A stretch of 64,000 nucleotides of DNA from assembly GCF_040938485.1 (NCBI RefSeq), contig NW_027270913.1, positions 3,038,001 through 3,102,000 of the forward strand. The letters are read 5' to 3'. Each line of letters begins with the position of its first letter. Position 1 is the first letter of the stretch. The stretch comes from Diadema antillarum (taxonomy: Eukaryota). The notes below the pieces were generated by a model. The model saw nothing but the letters and a program-made list of their open reading frames with translations. It ran no database searches and was not told where the DNA came from. Shown here one piece after another: positions 12,940-24,536 of this stretch. The position numbers and the translations under genes were made by a program.

Positions 12940-13800
12940 GAAAACAAAAAATGACAATGTTTATTGTGTTCACACAGGAATTCCATGTTTTGTAAGCTGA
13001 AATTTTGGCTCGCTCGTTGCGCTCGCTCGTCAAAATTCATATAAAGAGAAAAAAGAAGATAAGAACAAAACGTGATGATGACGCGGACAAAATGACAATG
13101 TATATTGTGTTCACACATGCCATCGTTAGAAGGCAAAATGTTACACGGAGCAGCGGCTGCAATTTTATTTCTTTCGTTCTTAAGCGATCGCCTATTGGAT
13201 CAAACGAGGGCGCCAAAGGTGTCGAACATAAGGGGGGGGGGGCGCAAAAAACCAAATCAAACAAGATAAGAACAAAACGCGGAAATATACAAATTTCGGC
13301 TCACTCGCGCGTACTAATTTAGAGTATTTTTTTTTCAAGTCCTCAGTTTGTTGGTATAAATCGTTATCTATAAGGCCGTCACCATTAATTTTCTTGATTA
13401 GAATTGTAAGATTTAACAAGCAAAAAAATGACAAGAATTCCATGTTTTGTAAGCTGAAATACAAAAATTTTCGGCTCGCTCGCTGCGCTCGCTCGTCAAA
13501 ATTTATCACAAAAAAAAACTAAGAACAAAACGTGATGATGACGCGGAAATATACAAAAATTTTCGGCTCGCTCGCTGCGCTCGCTTCGCCAAAATCTATC
13601 TACATTTATTACATTCAAATCACCCTCATCTATAAGGCCGTCACTATATCTTTATTAGAATTGTAAGATTTAATAAGCAAAAAATGACAACAATTCCATG
13701 TTTTGTAAGCTGATATACAGAAATTTTCGGCTCGCTCGCTAAAATTTCTCCAATAAAAAAAAGAGATAAGAACAAAACGTGATGATGGCGCGGAAATATA
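12940..13800. repeat. Imperfect direct repeats carrying a TTTTCGGCTCGCTCGCTGCGCTCGC motif (probable DNA-transposon internal repeats)
   Basis: Block AATTCCATGTTTTGTAAGCTGA..CGGCTCGCTCG at ~12980, ~13437 and ~13692; block ATAAGAACAAAACGTGATGATG(A/G)CGCGGA repeated four to five times. Confidence 0.7.
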
Positions 13801-13813
13801 CAAATAGATACGC

Positions 13814-13864
<51 letters not shown>

Positions 13865-14291
13865 TATACAGTTAAACTCGCATAAGTCAATCTTCTAGGG
13901 ACTGAGCAAAACATCGACTTAGGCGAGTTTCGACTTGTGCGTAAGTCGAAAAAAAAAGTTACAGTTACACCACGCGTACATATGTATAATGTACATGTAT
14001 GTTGTGTACTCTGGAGCCGAGAGCTGGAGCGGTGTGCCCGATATTTGCCCTTCAGCAAGACACTTTATCCACATTGATGCAGGCCAGGGCTCCACACCAA
14101 ATTTTATTTTGGCGGCCCGATCGGGCCACCAAAATGATTGATTTTTATTTTTTGGTGGCCCGAAAAAAAAAAACAAGCAAAACTAAATAGGTCCTACTAA
14201 ACATAGAAAAATGAATATGAAGTATTACTGAAGTGATACAGGACGGTATCCATGTCTAAAATAAATAAATAGAAAATTTAATCATCTTATA

Positions 14292-16374
14292 CAGTGAAAC
14301 CCCGTTATAACGAGGTCCGTGGGACCGGCGATATTACCTCGTTATAACTGGTACCTCGTTATATCCGTACGCATCAAAAACAAAGAAAAACATAAGCACG
14401 ACATCATATACCCATTAATGAAACTTAAGAACATTCTTTGCGTTATTATTACACAATTATGGATCATTATGATTCAGAGAATGAAGGGAAATTATTTGTG
14501 AAATAGACGTAAAAGTAAGGGCTGAAATGAGTTAAATCTTTATTGTAATAATTCTTGTTTGTGAAGTTTTTCTAAACACCAGCGCAAATAGAGTAACATA
14601 CAGGCCTTGTTTACCATAGCTTGCGAGGTATTTTTACGCTGTTGGTGCCCAGCGTGAATGCGATGATTTCATGAATCATTTCGGCTGTAACAAAGTTGTA
14701 CAATGTATGATCGTTGCGCCCGAAGGGATTAAAAATGCGTTCTTTATTTTCTTACGAAACTCTCTTCGCGTTTCGTACATCCGTTCTAGAAGAATATGCG
14801 ACAGGATTGAATGTGGAAGGCCGAGATCCTTTTTACGCAAAAATGTACCTGGTAGACCATTCTGAAAGAAAGAAAAATCTTCATTGTGAAATGCAGTGTT
14901 AAAATTGTTATAATGAACATACCCAGATCTATTCAAACTAAGAAGATGCATTGGTTTCTTTTTCTGATTTAGGTTAACATGCGTCATTCAACTTTTTTAC
15001 GCTACTGTCACATGGCGACATCGCGATGATTTCAGAGTAACATGCATGCGTTGTTTACTGTTAACTTCGAGGTATTTTTACGCTGTTGGTGCCCAGCGGG
15101 AATTAGATAATTTCATGAATCATTTCGGCTGTAATTTTATACAATGTATGATCGTTGCGCCCGAAGGGATTAAAATGCGTTCTTTATTTTCTTCCGAAAA
15201 TCTCTTCGCGTTTTGTACATCGATTCCGCTCTTGAACTGTTAAATGCGTTTGTTTCTATTTCCGAACACCGATTAAGTAGGTTAATATGCGTTATTCAAC
15301 TATCTTTTACGCTACGGTCACCCGGCGAGATCGCAATGATTTCACTAATTATTATTTCGGCTTCAATCATACACACTCATTTAAATTATCATTTTGTTAA
15401 ACGATAATGAACAAATCCGGATCTATTCAAACTAATAAATGCGTTTGTTTCTTTTTCTAAACACCGATTTAGGCTAACATGCGTTATTAAACTATTTTTA
15501 CGCTACCGTCACCCGGCGGGATCGCGATGATTTCACTGATTATTTCGGCTTAAATCATACACACTCTATATGAGTCAAATTATCATTTGTTAAATGATAA
15601 TGAACAAATCCAGATCTATTCAAAGTAAATAAATACGAATGTTTCTTTTTCTGAACACCGATTAAGTAGGTAACATGCGTTATTCAACAATTTTTACACT
15701 ACTGTCAACCGGCGGGATCGCGATGATTTCATTAATTCTTCGGCTTTAATCATCCACACTCATATTTGCTATTATAACCAGCAAAAGAACTGAAAGTCGG
15801 AACTAAAAATGGAAATGATATAATGATGAGTTGCACACGCATTCCAATTGTCTATTTTTGGCCACAAGTGTCGCTACATGAAAAGTTTTTTAATGCGTTA
15901 TCCTTTTTTTTTTCCTCGTTGCGCTGTGGTCTGACCTAATATCACGCACACCTATCTTGTGAAAAAGAAAATTAAATGATTATGTCTAATAATTCAGAAG
16001 GAACATCGGAAGGCATTCCTGTGTCTTATCGCGTGGTTTAGAAGAAAATATGGACGGAACGGTTCTCTGCAAAACGGGAAAAAGACGCGGATAGCGTGAA
16101 TTCGGTTTTCAATGTTTCGTTTGTCGCCTGTTTGAGAGTGACAATTTAGCAAGAAATGGAACCTCGTTATATCCGATCAAATTGCTTATGTTTTTCTTTA
16201 TCATGATGCACCGAAATTGTCCTCGTTATAACCGGAATCTCGTTATAACCGAACTCGTTATAACCGATTCGTTCTGCCATAGGTTTACACGCAACGGAAA
16301 ACGGGACCGACGCGATCACCTCGTTATAAGCGGTTCCTCGTTATAACCGAACTCGTTATAACGGGGTTTCACTG
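14292..16374. mobile_element. Inner pogo/Tigger-like non-autonomous element with ~195-bp internal tandem repeats
   Basis: TA|CAGTGAAACCCCGTTATAACGAG ... CTCGTTATAACGGGGTTTCACTG|TA (perfect 23-bp TIR); many subterminal CTCGTTATA motifs; internal units at ~15262, ~15460 and ~15651. Confidence 0.88.
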
Positions 16375-16519
16375 TACCGTTATTCTGAGTTCTAAGATTT
16401 AGCAAACAGGCTTATGGATTATGATAAAAGTTGATGCCTATTTAGGTGGTCAAAATTTACGTTTGAAATGAGAAAGTGGGAGCATTTGCAGACATTTTGT
16501 AAACATCCGACATTTGTTT

Positions 16520-17790
16520 TAGCATCGTAAAGAGCCGAATGTTGCCGTTAATTATTTTCAAATGTAAAAACAAGCAACCGACATTCATTCTAGGATCTTA
16601 CGGAGCTGAATATCATTCTTATTCATTTCCGAACGTGAAAGCAAACATCCGCTTTTTATTTTATCATCTGAGCCGATTGATACCGTTAATCATTTCCAAA
16701 TGTAAAAGAAACAATCTGTTAGCATCGTACGGAGCAGAATATTATCGTTATTCGATCTCCAAATTCAAAAGCAAACACCCGACATTTATTTTATGATCGT
16801 AAGGAGCTGAATGTTACTGCTGTCCACTTCCGAAAGTGAAATGAATCATCTGACAATTATTTCAGTATCGTAAGGAGCCGAATGTTATACTGTTTTTCAT
16901 ATTCGAACGTCAAGGCAGACTTCCGACATTTACTTTACCATCAAACGCAGCTGAATGTTATTGTTATTCATTTCGAAATGTTAAATAGCAAATGTCTGAT
17001 ATTTATTTTAGCATCTTAATTATGGAGCAGAATGTTACTGCTATTCACTTCCGAACGTAAAAGCAATCATCTGACATTTATTTTGGCATCTTTCGCAGCC
17101 GATTACATAATATGTCTAACATGCTATATTTACTTTCGAATGTAAAAAAAAGCCAACATTCGGCATTTATTTCATCATCGTACGGAGTTGAATGTTATTG
17201 TTATTCATTTCAGAACGTCAAAGGGATAATTCGACATATATTTTAGCATCTTCCGGAGCTGAATGTTATTGTTATTTACTTACGAACGTAAAAGTAAACA
17301 TCCGGCATTTATTTTATCATCGTACGAAGTTGATCATTATTGTTATTCATTTCCGAACGTCAAAGGGATAATTCGACATTTACTTTAGCATCTTCCGGAG
17401 ATTAATGTTATTGTTATTTACTTTCGAACGTAAAAGTAAACATGCGGCATTTATTTTATCATCGTATGGAGTTGAATATCATTATTATTCATATCCGAAC
17501 GTCAAAGCAAACATTCGACATTTATTTCAGCATCTTCCGGAGCCGTATTTTATCCTTATTCATTTCCGAACGCAAAATCAAATATCTGACATTAATTTCA
17601 GCACCGTACGGAACTGAATCTTACCATTATTCATTTCCAAAAGTGTAAGCAAACATCCGACATTTATTTTAGTATTATACGGAGTCGAATATTACCGCTA
17701 TTCATTTCCAAGAGCAAACATCTGACATTTATTCTAGCATCTTATGGAGCCGATTGTTACCGCTGTTCATTTCCAAAACTGAAGGCAAAC
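16520..17790. repeat. Diverged ~71-bp minisatellite, about 18 copies
   Basis: Approximate consensus CATCGTACGGAGCTGAATGTTATTGTTATTCATTTCCGAACGTAAAAGCAAACATCCGACATTTATTTTAG, head-to-tail with no unique spacers. Confidence 0.88.
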
Positions 17791-18436
17791 ATCCGGCTTT
17801 TTTGGTGGCCCGGCGTGCGTTTTTGGTGACCCCGGTCGCAAATTAACCATTCGCGAAATCGTGATTGATTCGCGAAAAGACTCCGCTAAATATAAGGCAT
17901 AGATCGCTACACTCGGCAGGGGCTACGTCGTCCTTTCACCAGGTCTCGGTAACGGAAACCAAAATCTCGCGTGAGTTCTTATTGCGTTACCTATATATCG
18001 TTAATGTCAACTAAACATGGTTAATTTGCGCTTGGGATCGTTACTCATCGTTACTACAAACATTCATTTTCCCGATCGTTAGTTTGCGTTACTAACGATT
18101 CAGGTGAAACCGCTTGCGTTAATGAAACGTTAATGTTTATCAACGCAAAGTTTCTTTCGGTATATATACTGTATGTAAACAAAAACTGGCGTCTCGTGAT
18201 TTTGACAGTGATTTATTACACAATAAAATCTTATTCGACTTAGTCACAGTGAATTCAATGTTTTTTCCGTGAAAGTGCTCATGGAATTTCATCGACTTAG
18301 GCGAGTATTCGACTTAAAAAATTCGACTTGTGAGTGAATTAATACACGTAAGTCATTGGGGAAAAATCGGGACTTTTTAAAATCATCGACTTGTGCGATT
18401 ACTCGACATATGCGACGTCGACTTAGGCGAGTTTAA

Positions 18437-18467
<31 letters not shown>

Positions 18468-20076
18468 ATGATAAATGTATATATATACAATGTTGTTTAT
18501 AAATGTGTGTGTATGTAGTGAAAGTGAATATTCACTACTTTAGTAGTCCTCGGAGTCTACGATTTCTATATCATCTACTTATAATAGATAATGATGTCGA
18601 TATTGCTCAATACTCAGTACTACACGGTACTGAGCGTTCACCAGGTAACTATTACACTTTTTGAGAATACTGATCACTGTACATAAAAGGGACGGAAAAT
18701 GTAATTATTTATCACTAACAACTTTTATTCTGTTTCGAGGTGCATATTTCTTGAACTTTCCTCAACGGTGTAAAAATGAGGCTTCCTTCCTTGTTTATAA
18801 AGTCCTTTCAAAAAGAAATTTGCTACGGATATCATAATCACGTCATCACCACATTAGATGAAACTGATTAAATTCATTAAATCTGCACAAAATCAGAAAG
18901 GAATGTAAAAAAACATTGCCAAGTTGAGAGAGAAACAGGAACTTGGAGGTCATTCTATTGTGTTGCCAATTGACGAATCGGTTATCATTTTAGCAATCAT
19001 TACAAGTTTTTAGCTTCTGCAACAGAAAATAAAGTTCATAGAATGTAACTATAATATTGTTCGAAATTTTAATGGATATGATATTTTTTCTTTATCTAAT
19101 GAAGTATACTAGCAACGAATAGCAAAACACAATAATGAAAAGATACAACACCAAACCAAAGAAATTTCGTTTTTGAGCGCTAGTCTGCAATGACCTCTGG
19201 AATCACAGGCTGTACAAAACATGGCACAATCTTTTTAGAGGAACAAATGAAAACATCTCAACAGAGGATAGTAATCTGCATGTAAGTGCTGTATGAAAGT
19301 TTTTCATTATATTATCAATTTGATTGAAAAGAATGCAAAATATTGACCTGTATATTTCAATGAAGATATGCACCTTGGTCATACATGGATATTTTATAAT
19401 ATCATAGTTTTCATGAAGACCTATCCAGTTACGAAATCAGCTTAAACTTCAGTCTGAAGAGAAGGTTTACAATAACATTTACCTGTACATGCTCAGATGG
19501 TAACTGTAAAAATGGTTTGTTAATGGTGGAGAAGGGCAACATTTCAAGTTCGGTTCCTAACTTTGCGCCTTTGGCAGAGAATCTTATCATAATGATGATA
19601 AACAGGGCAAACAGAAAAAAAAAAGAGGAAACAGTAAATCTATGATCAATACCTGTATTTCAGAAGAACTCCGCATTCGCGTATAAACATCTCAAATGAA
19701 ATAAACGAAATAAACAAGATAAACAAGTAACCAAACTCATTGGTTTCTATTTGAAACCAATGTAAAACGATAAAAAGAAACTACCACAGCAATTTTATTG
19801 TGGTAGTTTTGTTTTGTTTTGCTTTGTTTTGTTTTGTTTTATTTTGTTTTGTTTTGTTTTGTTAGCGAAAGCATTTGATATGCGATATGAAAACAAACAT
19901 CACGCTATCATACACACCCTAATAGTTACGTGTAAAGACACTAAAATCAACGACTAGAAATAATACCAAGGAATGACAGTTTATAATAACATCGATAATC
20001 ACATGTAACCGTCACTGCAGTCGTCAAATGATGCAAACATGATTTATCTGCTGTTTCACTCTAAAGTGGTAACACA

Positions 20077-20558
20077 TTATAGATTAAAATTGTTCATCAA
20101 TATCTGAACACCCATTGAAATATTGACTGCTAATCCTGCAGCGAAGCACAGCGCCCTCGACGGTTGGGGAATGGCGTTGAGGTAGACGACGGTGTGTAGC
20201 AGACGAGAAACGGTGAAGATCCTGTAGTGCCACAACAGGGTGCTGATGGAGGCGCCTGAAAAGAGTGCGTAGAGGAGTCCCAGCCCGAAGAAAGGCACGA
20301 TGTTCTCAAGGTCGTTCAGATGACACCTGTATGATAAAGGCATTCCACAAAAGAAAGTGTACAGTCATCCTGATAAAACATGTGACAGTCTTGTATGTTG
20401 CGAAGATTTCTTGATAGCAACAGATTGCCTCCAAAAGCTGTTGTATCCCAGAAGGCCCTACCTGATGCAGTTTGCGATTCAAGAAGCACTGAGTTCACGA
20501 GTGAGAAAGTTTAGTTTGTTTGTGTGTGTGTGTGCGTTTGTGTGTGTGTGTGTGTGTT

Positions 20559-20611
<53 letters not shown>

Positions 20612-22269
20612 AGATGAGGTTTACAGTATGGATACCTTTACTACTGTATCATAATATCGCTTGATTTCTTTTGGACACCATTTCAAAATAGCGATTTTGT
20701 ACTGGACCAGATGGACCACAATAAATCGGCTGCTTATACTGAATATAGAAATGCTGTAATTATATACATGTACTACTTGTTGTAAATTCATGCACTTTTT
20801 TATTGTTTCATTCGTCACGATACTCATAGTCGAATTCAAATGAATTTATTAGGAATTTTCTGCATCGAATAGGCTCCTACATATTACAAAAATGAAATAC
20901 AGTCATTTCTTTTTGTTTACAAGACAAAGGAACCACAATGTGTGCATCCTAATATAAAACTGAAATATACGTGTACAGATTAAAGAAAAGAGTAAGAGAA
21001 CACGTCGATTGGGAACCACTCGGGATAAAGAAAATCAAATGATCTGACTGAATAATGGCACATTTAGTGTATTGGGAGTGTAAATGCAGAAAACTGTCGT
21101 CAAATAAGCGTAATTATAGCTTGAAGACACGACAGCCTTGAAAGACAAGGAAGAGAAAAAAATGGAAAAAACATGCATCTTGTGTATACTTATCGAAAAG
21201 AAAAGAAAAAGCGTCATCAATCCCTTCTGTTTGACTTTCTATCACAGAAGTCATAAAAGAATTATTCTTTAAATTATTGTTTTGTATATCTTTTGTTTTT
21301 CTCTCAGAAAGCAGTAAGAAATACAATGCACACATTGAAAAACAAAGACTATCAACAGCCAACAGCACTGTCAAAGGAACTTTTTTTTTTGTTTTAATAT
21401 GGAAGGCGCCATCCATGCAGGGTCACTATACTGATTATTGTCTACCTCCGAACTCTCTCCACTACAGGATCGTTCATAATGGTCTTGTTGTCTTTGACAC
21501 CTTGTCCCACCGTATCTTCTTGGTTGGCATAGACCTGCATGAGACAGACGAAGAAAATTATTGCTCAGATGAAAAGCGTTTCACGCGTGCAGGTGCAGGT
21601 GCAGTAGAGTGTTTTACACAGTGATTTCAGTAGTGCTTCCGTTTGCATGGTTTGGTAAGATTTACGGTAAGGTTTTAAGTAAGGCTTTATAGGCTTACGG
21701 AAAGGTTTTAGGTAAACACTTGAAGTAAACCAGTTTCCAAAGGTATTGCAGAGATTAGGCCCACTAGAAAGTCAAAATGAAGATGATAACATAATTATTG
21801 TTTATGTGGCCAATAAATCATCAATAAATGAGACAGGGGGAGAAGGGTTTTAGCATAAATGATTATGACCTCATCAAAATACTCAAGAATTATAGTTTAA
21901 GTGAGGATGGAATACAATAGACAAAGAAGTATGAAATGTCCAATCACGTTCAAAGCATAATGTAAGACAATGAGCATGGAATAATTTTGAAATCATAGTA
22001 AAAACATTTTATATTATCTTTCTTCTTCCATTTGGGGCATTTTTTTAAAACTGTATATTGCAGCGGAGGTATAAGTACATAATTCATGCGAGTGTGGGTG
22101 TGTACGCTGACTAGACTATAGATATCCTATACGAAATAAGCCCACGTCGTACCTTTCGTGTAACTCTGAAGAATCCAGTGACAGGCGACATGAAGACCAT
22201 CTTCAGCAGCACGATCGTGACGTAAGTCACAAAATAGGAAAATCCTTCACTCCCAAGACCGTCGGACAT
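20077..22269 (-). CDS. MGST1: MGST1-like copy B, complete, 151 aa: exons 22153-22269, 21446-21534, 20077-20326
   Basis: MSDGLGSEGFSYFVTYVTIVLLKMVFMSPVTGFFRVTRK / VYANQEDTVGQGVKDNKTIMNDPVVERVRR / CHLNDLENIVPFFGLGLLY...PQPSRAL...NL*. GT-AG introns, open frame. Confidence 0.95.
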
Positions 22270-22861
22270 TTTTCCTCTCCTATTAGGTCGTCAGTGGAAG
22301 TAAAATGAAACTTTAGCAATTGTCAATCGACAATCTGTGTATGATTACAACCACACTCCTGTATGGATAAGCTAAGACGGCAACGGTGGAAATGTAAGGT
22401 GGGTGGCCAAATCCAAACTACTCATCTTTTTATTTATACATAAATGGTGCTTCTTCGATAGAGCACGCGACTGCTACCTATCATTGAAGACAAAGTCCAC
22501 ACAGATAGGACCCTATTCTTGTAGCTTGAATTATATTGACATTTATTATTGTGGTGGATAATTTACAACTATACACTATCCTGTCTGTGAACCCTCCTCA
22601 AGAGGAAAGGCTCGAATTGAGAATATTATTTGCTCAGCCCAGGGTCTATCCTGTGTACATAGGTGAAGTGCAGGGTTATAGCACTGCAACTGAGGAGGTG
22701 AAAAACATCATAAAGCATGAATCTAGCAGCGATTGTCAGTTAAAATGAATGTTTCGAGATCTCATAATTCGTCTCAATGTTCATAGTATGAGTGGTTTTT
22801 AAACACATCACAAGACTAGGCACGTGAGCAAAAAAAAATATCAGAATGGGACAATTTAAGA

Positions 22862-22895
22862 TGTGTGTGTGTGTGTGTGTGTGTGCGTGTGTGTA

Positions 22896-22935
<40 letters not shown>

Positions 22936-22985
22936 TGTATGCACTGTTTGTGTGCTCGGGTGTGTGTGTGTGCGTGTGTGTGTTT
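22862..22985. repeat. (GT)n microsatellite; others at ~20520-20589 and 24489-24530; (GACA)n ~12220-12285; (GTTTT)n ~19805-19862
   Basis: Directly visible. Confidence 0.95.
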
Positions 22986-24486
22986 CTTGGGGTGGTGTCA
23001 GGTCCGATATTTGTTAAACGTTCACAATCATTTTGTATCTATGTCTGAGATGTACTTTTTTTTCTTTTAAAGCCAAATTGAATATGATGCAGAATCGCCA
23101 TTTTGATATCTTCCAACGCAGAGATAGCCTACAGTGGTATTGTGACAGCGGAGATTCTGCACTTAAGCATACACTCAAAATCATTTTTCATAATTCATAT
23201 CTTTCTTCTATATTGCTGGGTTTTCTATGTGCATACTTTGCATTCCCTGCATGCAAGTATCTGATTCGCGTCTCAACCTGGTGATCACGCGACTCTCAGC
23301 AAACTCTGATTTCAGTAATCCCTGTTTCGTCTAGCGGACATTATTTTGTTCTCTCTCTCTCTCTCTCTCCCTCTCTTTTTCTCATACCCTTTACTGTTTG
23401 TATTTTCCATTTTCATGATTTGTCATTCTTTTCAGCTGTAACTTTCAAGTGAGAATTCACCTAATAAATCAGTTCTGAGAAAATAATCTACGTCCTGCAA
23501 GCAATGCTTCCACCGTAGATTCATCATAGTTCACATGTCTTTATTATAAATTTTTTTTATTCAACAATTTTTGATTACTCATTCAGGATTTTTTTTTATA
23601 TTTATGGTTTATTTGTTAAAACATGGAATATGGAGCAAAAAGAAATAAAACGAACAAACAAACAAACAACAAACATTGAAACAACCATTCTTTACAAAAA
23701 AAAAATGCATAAAACATTGGGTTCAAGAAAAGATCACGAGGTTATCATCAATAAGGGAGTTCATGGTTAGGGCATGTCTCATTTGACCCCTACACCACAG
23801 ACTTTGAAATAACATGGACATGGCATGTGTTGTGATCAAGAATTCCTTTTTGAAGCATGTCATCTTGTATTAAATCAATGTTGAGAAAGTGCATGGAGAG
23901 ATTTTGCTGAACAGTGTTGATGAATGACTTACACCTGTACGTTCTAATTTAGTCTGAAACACATTCATTGTACTGACATAATTCAGATTCTCATAGTTGC
24001 TCGAGACTTCTTTACGTTTTAAAGTCAGTGGCAAATACACAGACATTCTCATTTGACCTTTGTTCTGCACATGCGCAAATCACAACCGTGAACTCCCTTA
24101 TATTAATTTTGATGGTTTCTTCATCAACGAATCTTGCCACCAAGACTGCTACTGACAAGTGATTAATCATGAAGAAACACAGTATTTAATTTCACTTTCT
24201 GATTCTACTATGGTGCTCGTGTCATAATATCTTTATGAATGGATAAATGTCATCGACCTTTGACAGGTTAAAACAGTTGTACAATGACATTGAATACATT
24301 TCGAAGAAATGATTGAGATCGCTTTCATGTCAATTTTTCTTTCTTTCGATCGAGCTGCACTCAATGCAATGATGATTTAACATAGTCACAATTACTAAAT
24401 TAAGTGAGTTAAAATTCTCATTCTCAAAGATCTCTGTCAATTTCCTTAAACATGACATGATTGCTTGCATTGCATTCTGCATTTTC

Positions 24487-24531
<45 letters not shown>

Positions 24532-24536
24532 AAATC

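Larger units (their letters stand above)
13869..18439. mobile_element. Outer pogo/Tigger-like (Tc1-mariner) non-autonomous element containing nested insertions
   Basis: TA|CAGTTAAACTCGCATAAGTC ... GACTTAGGCGAGTTTAACTG|TA (19/20 TIR match); repeated subterminal CGACTT(A/G)(G/T)GCG motifs; (TA)n tracts on both sides; no transposase ORF. Confidence 0.82.

Noticed and set aside
12605-13509. Several 70-140 aa ORFs with poly-K/R/G/F/P
   Set aside because: Derived from homopolymer and repeat tracts.
14015-14080. tRNA or tRNA-derived SINE head
   Set aside because: Only a short SINE-core-like piece (GCCCTTCAGCAAGACACTTTATCC); no cloverleaf or clear A/B boxes.
16520-17790. CRISPR-like array
   Set aside because: Units are contiguous and diverged along their whole length with no unique spacers; eukaryotic context; no cas genes.
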